Shown piece after piece: positions 34,933-43,331 of a DNA stretch of 43,345 nucleotides (within the stretch, counting starts at the first letter, position 1; every line of letters begins with the position of its first letter). Location: the IMG/VR virus record IMGVR_UViG_3300009678_000085, positions 1-43,345 of that record; one strand, written 5' to 3'. The position numbers and the translations under genes were made by a program. The stretch is from a virus (Duplodnaviria; Caudoviricetes). The notes beneath the pieces are model-generated. The model was not told the origin of the DNA. It did no database searches and was given only the letters and a program-made list of their open reading frames with translations.

Positions 34933-36925
34933 TGTTCTGCTCCGCCGAAGGGGGCTGCGAGGGGGCACCGTTGGGCTGTGGGCCTCCCGAGTTAGCCGCC
35001 TCTGGCTTACCACCCGGACCGGCCCCGGCTCCCCCCGCAGCCTGTTGTGCCTGCATCTGCATCAGCATCATCTGTAGCTCTTGCTGCGTCTCTGGGTAGC
35101 CTAGCTCTCTCGGGTCTACACCCATGCTCTGTGCCGTCTTGTAGAAGATCTGGAGCATGTTCGCCGGAGGTAGGCCGATGCTCATGCCCATCTGGCTAAG
35201 CTCCATCAGCTTCTGGCTCTGCTCCTCGCGGGTAAGGACCATGCTGATGCCACGCGCTCTCACCTTGAACGTGGCGTCCAGCATCGAGTATCGCGTCATC
35301 GGGTCCATCAGAGCCTGTGGACCCATCTCCTGCTGCACGATCGCCTGAAGCTCAGGATCAGAGAAGTCGGACAGGAACTGCAGCGTCAGGTCGTACACCA
35401 ACTGTACCGCTGGTTCCAAGTCTCGCCGTTCGAGATCCTTGGCTAGGTTGTTGATCTGCTCCTGCCCGACTCCTGTCTTCGCTCGAATCTCGTAAGCGGT
35501 AGGTCGCCCTTTTGTGGTGGGCGTCCCCTCCATGAACTCGTTGATGCCAGTGCTGTCGTCGATCTTGCTCTCTAGCCACTGGATCATCGGCCAGGCGTCG
35601 TTCGGGGCGCTGGTGATCTTCAGGGGAATCAGCATCCCCTCCCGCCCGTTGTACACCGTTCCAGGGGTAATCGTAGTGATGTTGACAGGAGAGTCCGACT
35701 TGTCCGCATCCTTGATAGCAGCAGGCAAGACAGAGTACGCTGTACTGTCTATCATCAGGTTGCATAGATTGTTCAGCTCGTACTGGATGGGGGCCGCCGC
35801 ATATACCAGCGACCGGCCGAGGCTTGTCCCTCGCACCGGAATAGGCGTGCAAGAGATATATGGCCATTTTCCAGTGTAAATTGTATTGGGACCAAAGGCG
35901 AGGAGTGCTCTGTTGTTGCAGACAATCGCTCGCCAGTTCTGCAGAGCAAGCTTACCATCGTGAGAGTAGAAGTTCCCGTGATAGATACGGAGTAGATCTC
36001 GCTTCCGTGTGGTACGTGAAGCGTTTCGGTCCATACGTGTGTCACGCTGCCCGTACTCGATTTCGAGTTCCCAAGAGACAGGGGGTCCGATATCCTCTGC
36101 GGAATCGAACATACCCGTGCGTACACCCTCCTCGATGTAGTCCCGATCCACCGCACACTCTTCCACAACATAGCGCCCCTCATAGAAGTTGGACGCGAAG
36201 GGGTCGGGAAACATCGCCCAGGCAGGGGTATGCTTAACCCTAAGCCCTGAAGTCTTCTTGGGCTGGGACGAGACTACCGGCTGCATCATGGGCATGCCCG
36301 TCATCGGGTCCATGAATGGCATCCCAGTCATGGGGTCCATACCCACGGGCACTTGCGTTACCTGGGGCTTCCGCTCAATCCACTCGTCCCACCAGATCTT
36401 CAGGTAGGACGTGCCGAGAATGAAAGCCTCCTCCAGGCACTTGGTATACTCGTCGATGAACTTGGCCTTTTCGAGTTCGTATCTCAGTACCTTCTCGATA
36501 AAGGTTACGTTCTGGGTGTTAGGATCGAACTTAGGGAGCTGCTCTAGCGTAAACCACTCCGGCGCACTTAAGAGCGCCCCTTCAATCATGTTCTTGGCCC
36601 GCTCGACCTTGTTGAAGATCTCAGGAATGAAGATCTTAGCTTGCCAGTCAGCCTTCTGGGAGAAGTCCTGTACGTTGTTGTACAGGTCTATGTAGAGCTT
36701 CCACTCGTCTTCTTTGGTCTGCCTGGCGTTATACGCTTCGTCCCTGGCCTCGTTGATCTGCCTGATGATGTCGTCCTTGGAGAGGGCGCTGCCTGCTTCG
36801 TAGTCGACTACCCCCGCCAGCTCCGGCGACATCTGGTTCTGCATCCACGTAGGCTGCGGAAACGGGTTCGTGATGGATGCGTCCAGACCCGGCATCCCGG
36901 TGATGTCGTCGGCAAACGGGATCAT
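34901..36925 (-). CDS. Portal protein
   Basis: 674 aa downstream of the terminase; AFILGTSYLKIWW, MFPDP, GRSLV..QYELNN, TGINEFMEG..TAYE. Confidence 0.85.
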   Translation of the reverse strand: MIPFADDITGMPGLDASITNPFPQPTWMQNQMSPELAGVVDYEAGSALSKDDIIRQINEARDEAYNARQTKEDEWKLYIDLYNNVQDFSQKADWQAKIFIPEIFNKVERAKNMIEGALLSAPEWFTLEQLPKFDPNTQNVTFIEKVLRYELEKAKFIDEYTKCLEEAFILGTSYLKIWWDEWIERKPQVTQVPVGMDPMTGMPFMDPMTGMPMMQPVVSSQPKKTSGLRVKHTPAWAMFPDPFASNFYEGRYVVEECAVDRDYIEEGVRTGMFDSAEDIGPPVSWELEIEYGQRDTRMDRNASRTTRKRDLLRIYHGNFYSHDGKLALQNWRAIVCNNRALLAFGPNTIYTGKWPYISCTPIPVRGTSLGRSLVYAAAPIQYELNNLCNLMIDSTAYSVLPAAIKDADKSDSPVNITTITPGTVYNGREGMLIPLKITSAPNDAWPMIQWLESKIDDSTGINEFMEGTPTTKGRPTAYEIRAKTGVGQEQINNLAKDLERRDLEPAVQLVYDLTLQFLSDFSDPELQAIVQQEMGPQALMDPMTRYSMLDATFKVRARGISMVLTREEQSQKLMELSQMGMSIGLPPANMLQIFYKTAQSMGVDPRELGYPETQQELQMMLMQMQAQQAAGGAGAGPGGKPEAANSGGPQPNGAPSQPPSAEQNIGQVEGSGGY

Positions 36926-37263
36926 CCGGTATAACCTCTACGCAAGGCTGCCTCTAGCGGTCCGAGGTTGCCAGGGGGCGGGGCTCGGAGGGGCTGGTGC
37001 TCCTCTGGAGCGATCCTAGACCCTGCGGGCAAACTTGCCCGTGGTTGCTCTGCAACTGGGGTAGGCTGAATCATCGGTACTGTGTTTCCTAGTACCTTGG
37101 CTACTGCTAAGCCTATCTCAACAGCCTGATCCAAATTAAAGGTTTGCTGGTGAACCTTGAATAAGCCGTGCCGCTCGGCCAGATCCCTGACCTTCTCCGG
37201 GTTATTCACGATGTCGCGGAGAAACGCAACCTCGGCCTGTAGGTTCTCGAAAGCCTGAATCAC
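36922..37263 (-). CDS. Hypothetical protein
   Basis: GTG start overlaps the nuclease TGA (GTGA). Confidence 0.55.
   Translation of the reverse strand: MIQAFENLQAEVAFLRDIVNNPEKVRDLAERHGLFKVHQQTFNLDQAVEIGLAVAKVLGNTVPMIQPTPVAEQPRASLPAGSRIAPEEHQPLRAPPPGNLGPLEAALRRGYTG
37027..37040. promoter_or_regulatory. Palindromic site 17 GGGCAAACTTGCCC
   Basis: Intragenic (RASLP), about 100 nt upstream of the portal start. Confidence 0.8.
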
Positions 37264-37991
37264 CTCGGGCGGTATTTCTGGCCGTACGGGTGGAATGGCT
37301 GCCTGCGGCCCACCATCCTGTCGCTGAAATGGTGCTGATGCATGTTGATCTGAGGCCGCGCGTAGCTGCTCGCTATCGACTGCGGGCTCATCATCAGCTC
37401 CTCGGGCTGGCGGAACCGATCGTACTTGAGGCCCGGATATCCGGCCAGGTAGCGCATTACGTCGATCCAGTCCTTCCCTGCTTGCTCGTACTGCTTCGTC
37501 CGGCTGTCCAACGGGTTCCACGTAAACCTCTTGATGGCCCATACTGGCCCTTTTTCCATATTGGCGACGCTTCGACATATTCTCAGCTTCGGTAGGGCTT
37601 TATCGTGCCTCGGGTCGTAGACCGGCTTCAGCCAGTCGTGGAGCTTCTTTAGGTCCGTCTCCACCGAGGGCTGATAGTGAAGCCCATAGTCTCTAAATCT
37701 ATCAAACCAATCCTGCTCAAGGTCCTTGTTGACAGTAAGTCGTCCTCCCCGCGCATCCATGATAGCAAGTTCGGGCTCATGGCCGAGGGATCGACGTTCC
37801 AACTGTATGTCTCGGCACATGGTAGAGAAGGGTCCGTCCTCGATGTTTCGGGCTCGGACGATGTAGAAGTAGTCTTGAGGGTCAATTTTCGCCCAGATAA
37901 CATGGAGTCCTCGCTTATAACTCGGGTCGATGACCTCGACATAGGGCCATTCCTTGGCCTGGCCGTTAGGAATCACTAGTTTTCCATCCAT
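37260..37991 (-). CDS. terL: Terminase large subunit, C-terminal RNase H-like nuclease domain (separate ORF)
   Basis: W.YVEVIDP..HVIWAKID, AIMD, PKLRICRS, DWIDVMRYL. Confidence 0.75.
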   Translation of the reverse strand: MDGKLVIPNGQAKEWPYVEVIDPSYKRGLHVIWAKIDPQDYFYIVRARNIEDGPFSTMCRDIQLERRSLGHEPELAIMDARGGRLTVNKDLEQDWFDRFRDYGLHYQPSVETDLKKLHDWLKPVYDPRHDKALPKLRICRSVANMEKGPVWAIKRFTWNPLDSRTKQYEQAGKDWIDVMRYLAGYPGLKYDRFRQPEELMMSPQSIASSYARPQINMHQHHFSDRMVGRRQPFHPYGQKYRPR

Positions 37992-38311
37992 GTGATGACG
38001 TTTCTCATCACCTCGTCTACCATCTCTTGGAGCTTTCGGGGCTCACCCACCGCCGAAAACGTCCGATCTGCCCCTGTTATCTTCTTTTTCAGGCGCATGT
38101 AGACGACAGCTCGCTCTCCATCAGGACGCATCGCAATTTGCCCTGTAATGACCTCTATATCCTGCTTTTGGATGATGTGGCAGAAGTTTTCGAACAGTTT
38201 CCAGGGCTCATTTGGGAGAAGTGTGCGTTTTCTGATGGATGCTGGCTCTGCTTCTCGTACTCCTGCTAGCTCTTGGCGGGTAAATCCCTCCTTTTTGCCG
38301 TTTTTGCTCAT
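37976..38311 (-). CDS. 111-aa hypothetical protein inserted between the terminase domains
   Basis: ATG overlaps the ATPase TGA; its stop overlaps the nuclease start. Confidence 0.65.
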   Translation of the reverse strand: MSKNGKKEGFTRQELAGVREAEPASIRKRTLLPNEPWKLFENFCHIIQKQDIEVITGQIAMRPDGERAVVYMRLKKKITGADRTFSAVGEPRKLQEMVDEVMRNVITWMEN

Positions 38312-39204
38312 ATGAAGTCGTCCACGACGTGAATTACCTCGTTGTACTCCGTGAATTCGAGTCCTGAGAGGTCGGAGAACTCCCCTTTCTCTCTGGCTGC
38401 ACGTTCCTTGGGGGAGAGCGTCTCCAGATATGCCATAATCTCCCTATGAGGAAGAGCGCCGTTATTGCACTCCATGCAATTGTCGTGAATGTTACACCGT
38501 TCGATGTCTGCAGTTCCGTATAGAGCACTTCTAGGATCGAGCGCGGGTATACAGAGGTTGTCATACATCCACGGCTCCTTCAGAGGCGTTGCCGTGATAA
38601 CGATGTTTCCGTTGGTTGCGAGCGTTCCTCTGCGTATCGCGTTGAATACCGACTCTGGAGGAGGTTCGTCTAGCCATACGTGGTTCCACAGGGAGCCCTC
38701 GTAGGCGTCTGAGCCCTGCTCGTAGCTCATTACGTGCAACTCTGCCCCAGTGACGAACTTGAACACCGACTCCATGCCAGTAGAGCCATGCTTCTTTGGA
38801 GGCCCGAGCAGCATCTCTGCGCTGATAAACTCTTTCAGCTTCGGCAGGATGGCGCTTGGAATCGAGGTCGAGTAGGACTCCCCAGCGACTAGGCACCTTA
38901 TCCCTCGGAGATCCTGAAACTCTGGCTTCGCTTCGCCTCCAATCGAGAAAGGCCAGTACCCTACGCATGCTTTGATCGTTCTGATCGCTCCGCATGTCGT
39001 CTTCCCTGTCTGGTTCCCAGCCAGGAGAATCAGCATCTTCTTCGTGCTGGCAAACCACCGCTCCTGATAGCCCATCGGAGCGAAGGCCATGTAAGCATTC
39101 CGCTTCTTCGTGGCCTGCTGCTTCTCCATGCCCTTTCGGATGAGCTGGTCTAGCTCCTCATCCTTGAGCTGGGTTATCGCGGAGATGTCCTTTTTCCTAG
39201 CCAT
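38308..39204 (-). CDS. terL: Terminase large subunit, N-terminal ATPase domain (separate ORF)
   Basis: PMGYQ, AGNQTGKTT, SYEQG..EG, VWLDEPPP, ITATPL, GEF. Confidence 0.9.
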   Translation of the reverse strand: MARKKDISAITQLKDEELDQLIRKGMEKQQATKKRNAYMAFAPMGYQERWFASTKKMLILLAGNQTGKTTCGAIRTIKACVGYWPFSIGGEAKPEFQDLRGIRCLVAGESYSTSIPSAILPKLKEFISAEMLLGPPKKHGSTGMESVFKFVTGAELHVMSYEQGSDAYEGSLWNHVWLDEPPPESVFNAIRRGTLATNGNIVITATPLKEPWMYDNLCIPALDPRSALYGTADIERCNIHDNCMECNNGALPHREIMAYLETLSPKERAAREKGEFSDLSGLEFTEYNEVIHVVDDFI

Positions 39205-39432
39205 TTACCTGTTCGCTAGGGCAATTCTTGTAGGAGGAAGCACTACTGACTCCTCTTTGAAGTTGAGCCCCAGGTCTGCCATCAGCTTGATTAGGTCAAC
39301 GCTAATGCTCTTGCCGGTAAGAACGAGGATTAGCACACCTAGAGCCGTTTTGATAGCCAGGATGTCCTTCTCTGGAATCTGGGCAAGTTTGCCCGGTGTC
39401 TCCTCAAGTTTTTCTGGTGTCTCAGAAGACAT
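39205..39432 (-). CDS. Small hypothetical protein, first gene of the late arm
   Basis: AAGGAGGT RBS; abuts terL. Confidence 0.6.
   Translation of the reverse strand: MSSETPEKLEETPGKLAQIPEKDILAIKTALGVLILVLTGKSISVDLIKLMADLGLNFKEESVVLPPTRIALANR
39381..39394. promoter_or_regulatory. Palindromic site 18 GGGCAAGTTTGCCC
   Basis: Intragenic (PGKLAQ), beside the early/late divergence. Confidence 0.8.
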
Positions 39433-39470
39433 TTCTTGACCTCCTTGTTGATATGGAGTAGGATGCAACA

Positions 39471-40034
39471 ATGAATGGGAAAAAGGTTACATTAACGCAT
39501 CGTAGTCGCATTCCAGGCATGAAACACATTCACTTGCCTCCTGCTGCCTGGAAGAAGGGGCTTAGCACTAAGCTTACAGATCCTAACTTCTTCGTTGTGT
39601 GTCCGATGGGGTGGATAACCTGCCCCGAAGTACGAATGTTGCCCCGGTACATGCGTGGAGCGTTGATTGACCTGCTGTGCGTCATCTGGAGTAGGGGGGT
39701 TGTCTCTGGTTCCTATGACCTTCCTGACGATGACTCTTACCTCATGGCTGTTCTTAGTTGCAACCTTGACGAGCTTATCGTCATCAAGAAGTGGCTGTTT
39801 GGGTACGGGAAGTTTTTCGTGCCTAGACACGGCGTATGGGTGTCCAAAGCCTTCGGACGCCTGATGCAGGAAACCATCGTAGCGATGGCAAGGATGCGAT
39901 ATGAACGCGAGAAAGCACGTAAAGAACATCGAAAGCGACTTACTGCCGCACGAGTTCGCCATTACGAGAAGAAACGGATCGAACCTGATAACCCACCTGT
40001 TCCCGAACAAAGCGGAAGCGGAGAAGGCAGCTAA
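39471..40034 (+). CDS. DUF1376/YdaU-like replication protein
   Basis: RGALIDLLCVIW..LPDDDSYL..KFF...GVWVSK pattern; upstream of the helicase; start could be 39519. Confidence 0.6.
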   Translation: MNGKKVTLTHRSRIPGMKHIHLPPAAWKKGLSTKLTDPNFFVVCPMGWITCPEVRMLPRYMRGALIDLLCVIWSRGVVSGSYDLPDDDSYLMAVLSCNLDELIVIKKWLFGYGKFFVPRHGVWVSKAFGRLMQETIVAMARMRYEREKARKEHRKRLTAARVRHYEKKRIEPDNPPVPEQSGSGEGS

Positions 40035-40095
40035 GACCTACTACAACATGAGCCTGCGTTACGGAGACTCGATCACCGTACGGAGAGCCAATTGA
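39901..40095 (+). CDS. Possible overlapping small protein
   Basis: Stop coupled to the helicase TTG (TTGA); AAGGA upstream. Confidence 0.4.
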   Translation: MNARKHVKNIESDLLPHEFAITRRNGSNLITHLFPNKAEAEKAAKTYYNMSLRYGDSITVRRAN

Positions 40096-41363
40096 CCCCC
40101 GATTGGAAGAAGCTTGCTTCTTACTTCGGTGTCGATGACTTCGCTCAGCCCCCAGAAGTAGTAGCAGGCTACCGTCAGAAGTGGTTTCAGCTCAAGTCTC
40201 GGGAGCCAGATATGGCCGCCTACTACTCGGCCCTTCTGGACGCCGTAGACGCCTGGGAATGGTCGAAAGACCCTCGCTCCAAGCCCGAACTGGTTACGAT
40301 TCTGGAGTCGGACTTCGTGATCGCAGCTAAGGCTCCAGATAGCCGGTTTACTCGGATTACCGGCTCGGGACTCTTCGGGGCAGATCCGCCCCCGGTGAAG
40401 TGGCTAGTCAGGCATTGCCTTCCAGCGGAAGAGGTCACCCTTCTCATAGGAGAGGGCGGCGTGGGTAAGGGTCACCTGTCGATGAGCCTTTGTGTATCCC
40501 TGGCCTTGGGGGAACCATTCGGTCCCTGGGACGTTCCTGCCCCAGCCCGCATACTTATATCCAACTGCGAGGATGCTGAAAATGAAATGCGGCGCAGAGT
40601 AAAAGCCGCAGTCTACGCCAGGTGGCCGCAGGGTCCAGGCAAAGAACGCCTCGAACTGCTGGAAAAGAATTTCACCTACGTCGATCTCTCTACAGATACG
40701 GATTTCTTCGTGGAAGAAGAGCAACTCTCCAACCTCTGTTTGAATCAGGATCTTGTGATTATCGACCCTTTCTTCAAGGTCATGCCGAAGGGTACAGACG
40801 TAAACAAGCAGGTAGATGCTGCTAAGGTCATGTCTGTTCTATCCAAGGTAGCTCACCTATCGGCGTGTTCTCTTCTGATAGGGCACCATACCAGAAAGCC
40901 CCATCAGGACGAGAAGATGACGGTACACTCTGGCTCTGGTTCTCACGTACTGAAAGACCTTGCCCGTCAGGCTATGGGGCTCGAGGGGGTATCGAGGGTC
41001 GAAGCTGAGAAGATGATGCTAGACCCTACTCAGAAGTACGTGCGGCTGAAGATCCTCAAGTCGAACTACGGCCCTACCACAGATGTAGGTTACGTCCTAC
41101 GAAGGGTCGAAGGAGGCGCTCTTACCTTCGTAGAGGTAGGAAACGTCGATGAAGAGGTAAGGAACCTTATCCTCCTCAAGCTGGCAGAAGGCCCCTGTAT
41201 CTATGAAGCTGTGGTAGACAATTTCGTAATCTACCAAGGTTTGAGCAAGAAGAGGATACAAGACATCATCAAGGAGCTTCTGAACGACAACAAGGTCTTC
41301 CTCTCAACTAGGGTAGAAGGTGTTAACCGTAGGAACTATCTATACGTTCCTTCTGCTGCTTAG
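40092..41363 (+). CDS. RecA-fold replicative helicase (AAA_25 / RSF1010 RepA-like)
   Basis: PPPVKWLV, GEGGVGKG, NCED, LVIIDP, GHHTRK, GSGS, KSNYGP. Confidence 0.85.
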   Translation: MTPDWKKLASYFGVDDFAQPPEVVAGYRQKWFQLKSREPDMAAYYSALLDAVDAWEWSKDPRSKPELVTILESDFVIAAKAPDSRFTRITGSGLFGADPPPVKWLVRHCLPAEEVTLLIGEGGVGKGHLSMSLCVSLALGEPFGPWDVPAPARILISNCEDAENEMRRRVKAAVYARWPQGPGKERLELLEKNFTYVDLSTDTDFFVEEEQLSNLCLNQDLVIIDPFFKVMPKGTDVNKQVDAAKVMSVLSKVAHLSACSLLIGHHTRKPHQDEKMTVHSGSGSHVLKDLARQAMGLEGVSRVEAEKMMLDPTQKYVRLKILKSNYGPTTDVGYVLRRVEGGALTFVEVGNVDEEVRNLILLKLAEGPCIYEAVVDNFVIYQGLSKKRIQDIIKELLNDNKVFLSTRVEGVNRRNYLYVPSAA

Positions 41364-41753
41364 AAAATAAATATATTACAGGTTTTACAAGTCCTTGTTT
41401 TTACTGGCTTTCCCAAACCTAAGAAAAGTTGACAGTTTTTTTTAAGGGGTATAAGACTTAGGAGTCGGTCGCCTCCGAGCGAGCGCGATTTAGCGCTCGC
41501 GTGCGGCACAGCCGCGCGACGGGAGACGACGATACCTTGGTAAACGCGCTCTTTCGCGACATTGCCATTTTTTCTTTTTTTCCGGTTTTTTCTTTTTTAA
41601 GGGCTCCCATAAGATACCTATAGGTACTCTGGTATACACTGATACCCTGGTTACCAGTTGATGGAAGAGGAGTCTGAGATAGGTCTTGTTAGCGGCGTGT
41701 AGATCTGTAGATGTCTCTTGACCTCTCAGACGTTTAGATGTAGGAACTAGGGT
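41364..41753. other. Putative replication origin / control region
   Basis: Non-coding, AT-rich tracts, GC hairpins, GATACC repeats, directly after the helicase. Confidence 0.5.
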
Positions 41754-41981
41754 ATGGCAGAGACAAAGAGGTGTTTGAGCGTTAATGACCTAGCAGAAGC
41801 TGCAGGCGTTAGTAGGGCATTGGTCTATCAGATGGCTAGAAGTGGCCAACTGAAGACTGTGAGATTCGGGAGCCAGAAGAGGGGTAGAGTCCTTATTCCC
41901 TCTTCAGAGGTAGATCGGATTCTGAGCCCTACAGTTCCTGAGCTTCCTAGGCCCGATCTCCCTGAAACCCCTGGGTCCTAA
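41754..41981 (+). CDS. Excisionase-like (HTH_17) DNA-binding protein
   Basis: LSVNDLAEAAGVSRALVYQMARSGQLKTVRFG..RVLIP. Confidence 0.8.
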   Translation: MAETKRCLSVNDLAEAAGVSRALVYQMARSGQLKTVRFGSQKRGRVLIPSSEVDRILSPTVPELPRPDLPETPGS

Positions 41982-42000
41982 AGACCTACGGCGAAACTGT

Positions 42001-42036
42001 AAAACCCCCTTACTTCTTATGAGGTAAGGGGGTTTT
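42001..42036. terminator. Intrinsic terminator, probably bidirectional
   Basis: AAAACCCCCTTACTTC-TTAT-GAGGTAAGGGGGTTTT. Confidence 0.75.
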
Positions 42037-42052
42037 CTGCTATGAGTAGGTA

Positions 42053-42310
42053 ATGGGTGATCTAGTCTTTCTGCCTACGGCAAAAAAAAGTAAAGACAAA
42101 GTAGTAGTGCTGAAGAACGATAGATGGGTCTTCCTATGCAACGAAGGTCATGAGCATCTCCTAAACACTGATACTCTGTTGCAGATGATCGAGACGGGCA
42201 AATTTGCCCTCGTTCCTTCCTGTGTGATACGTCGTATACTTACCGAATGGGGTTGCTGTAAGTCCGTTGGTTGCGTAGAACACGCCATAGAAGAGGTGTT
42301 GGAGAAGTGA
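42053..42310 (+). CDS. Cys-containing hypothetical protein
   Basis: 85 aa ORF; coupled to the next gene. Confidence 0.6.
   Translation: MGDLVFLPTAKKSKDKVVVLKNDRWVFLCNEGHEHLLNTDTLLQMIETGKFALVPSCVIRRILTEWGCCKSVGCVEHAIEEVLEK
42196..42209. promoter_or_regulatory. Palindromic site 19 GGGCAAATTTGCCC
   Basis: Perfect palindrome, intragenic (TGKFAL). Confidence 0.8.
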
Positions 42311-42549
42311 AGTGCGAGACTTGCTTGCAAGAAAACGCCGTCCTTTACCAGATCCTATGGATTCCAGATCAGACAAACATGGGAGGGATATCTCTGATGC
42401 CTCTCTGCCCAGAGTGCCGTCAGACTACGAGTACGAATCCTTCTGTGAGCACGGTGAAGCCTTTCGAGCCCGACTTACGAATGCCCCACGAGCGAAAGAC
42501 ACCCGAGACGGAGGACCGTCACGAAAAGGGAGAACTAAATGAAACCTAA
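42307..42549 (+). CDS. Small zinc-finger protein
   Basis: GTG start overlapping the previous stop; CETC...CPEC. Confidence 0.55.
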   Translation: MKCETCLQENAVLYQILWIPDQTNMGGISLMPLCPECRQTTSTNPSVSTVKPFEPDLRMPHERKTPETEDRHEKGELNET

Positions 42550-43222
42550 AACCTTCCTTGTCCTTGGCCTTCTTGCCTTCTCTGCAGGAGGTCTGATTGC
42601 CCTCCTCTCTGGCTGTTCCCAGTGGCCTCGAACAAAGAGTACCAAGAGCGTATCGACCTACTCCTCGATCCCCTACCAACTGAATGTCTCCGGTTACCAG
42701 AATGCCTCCGGTTACCTTGTGGCTACTGGTGGTGCTCCACAACCTACCCCTCCTCCTCTCCCTCAACCTACTCCCCCTCCTGGCCCTCAACCTACCCCTC
42801 CTTCCCCTCCCGTCGCTAACTGCTCCTCCCATACAGAACTAATCTCGTCCTCTTTCTACGTAGGCCCTGGTGTGTGGCAGACCAAAACCCTCAAAGTAGA
42901 AGGAGGGAAACGTAGCAATCCCTGCTACAAAGCTACTACCACCTCTCCTGCCTCCCGTGTGCGTATCGAGATGGCTTCCAAATGCACGGGTAACAACACC
43001 CTCCTCTCTGTCTGGCCTCCCTCTGGTTCTGCCTTCTCTAACGGTACCCTCATGCCTACCTTCGCTAACGTTCCTCGCTCTGCTGACTACGGTGACGCTG
43101 GGAAACCTACCAATTACGTCCCGCCCACTCGCTTCAATATCGCTGTCGATGGACTAGACCCTGGAACTGACTGTAACAACATCAACAGCTACGACTTGAT
43201 AGTCAAGGTTGATCCACATTGA
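42539..43222 (+). CDS. Putative lipoprotein with Pro/Thr linker
   Basis: MKPK + hydrophobic core + lipobox LSGC; QPTPPP x3; four further Cys. Confidence 0.75.
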   Translation: MKPKTFLVLGLLAFSAGGLIALLSGCSQWPRTKSTKSVSTYSSIPYQLNVSGYQNASGYLVATGGAPQPTPPPLPQPTPPPGPQPTPPSPPVANCSSHTELISSSFYVGPGVWQTKTLKVEGGKRSNPCYKATTTSPASRVRIEMASKCTGNNTLLSVWPPSGSAFSNGTLMPTFANVPRSADYGDAGKPTNYVPPTRFNIAVDGLDPGTDCNNINSYDLIVKVDPH

Positions 43223-43230
43223 CTGTACGG

Positions 43231-43266
43231 AGGACTGGGGGCAAACTTGCCCCTGGTCCTTTTTTA
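43231..43266 (+). terminator. Intrinsic terminator whose stem is palindromic site 20 (43239..43252)
   Basis: AGGACTGGGGGCAA-AC-TTGCCCCTGGTCCT-TTTTT. Confidence 0.8.
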
Positions 43267-43331
43267 TTGCCACGTCGTCAAGCATAAGTGAGAGTTTTTG
43301 GAGGGGGGGTAAAATAGGCAGAGTGCTTCGC

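Noticed and set aside
36922-37578. 218-aa version of the pre-portal ORF
   Set aside because: The upstream 105 codons overlap the terminase nuclease ORF; the coupled GTG at 37263 is the more plausible start.
13725-39439. Numerous + strand ORFs within the structural arm (e.g. 19819..20481, 21239..22123, 28094..28885)
   Set aside because: These are antisense shadows of GC-rich real genes, with no RBS or recognisable motifs.
41754-41981. Excisionase implying an integration module
   Set aside because: No integrase or att-like site was found, and HTH_17 proteins commonly occur alone.
164-43252. Palindromic repeats as a CRISPR array or REP/MITE family
   Set aside because: Copies are only 14 bp, kilobases apart and often intragenic, with no regular spacers, target-site duplications or transposase.
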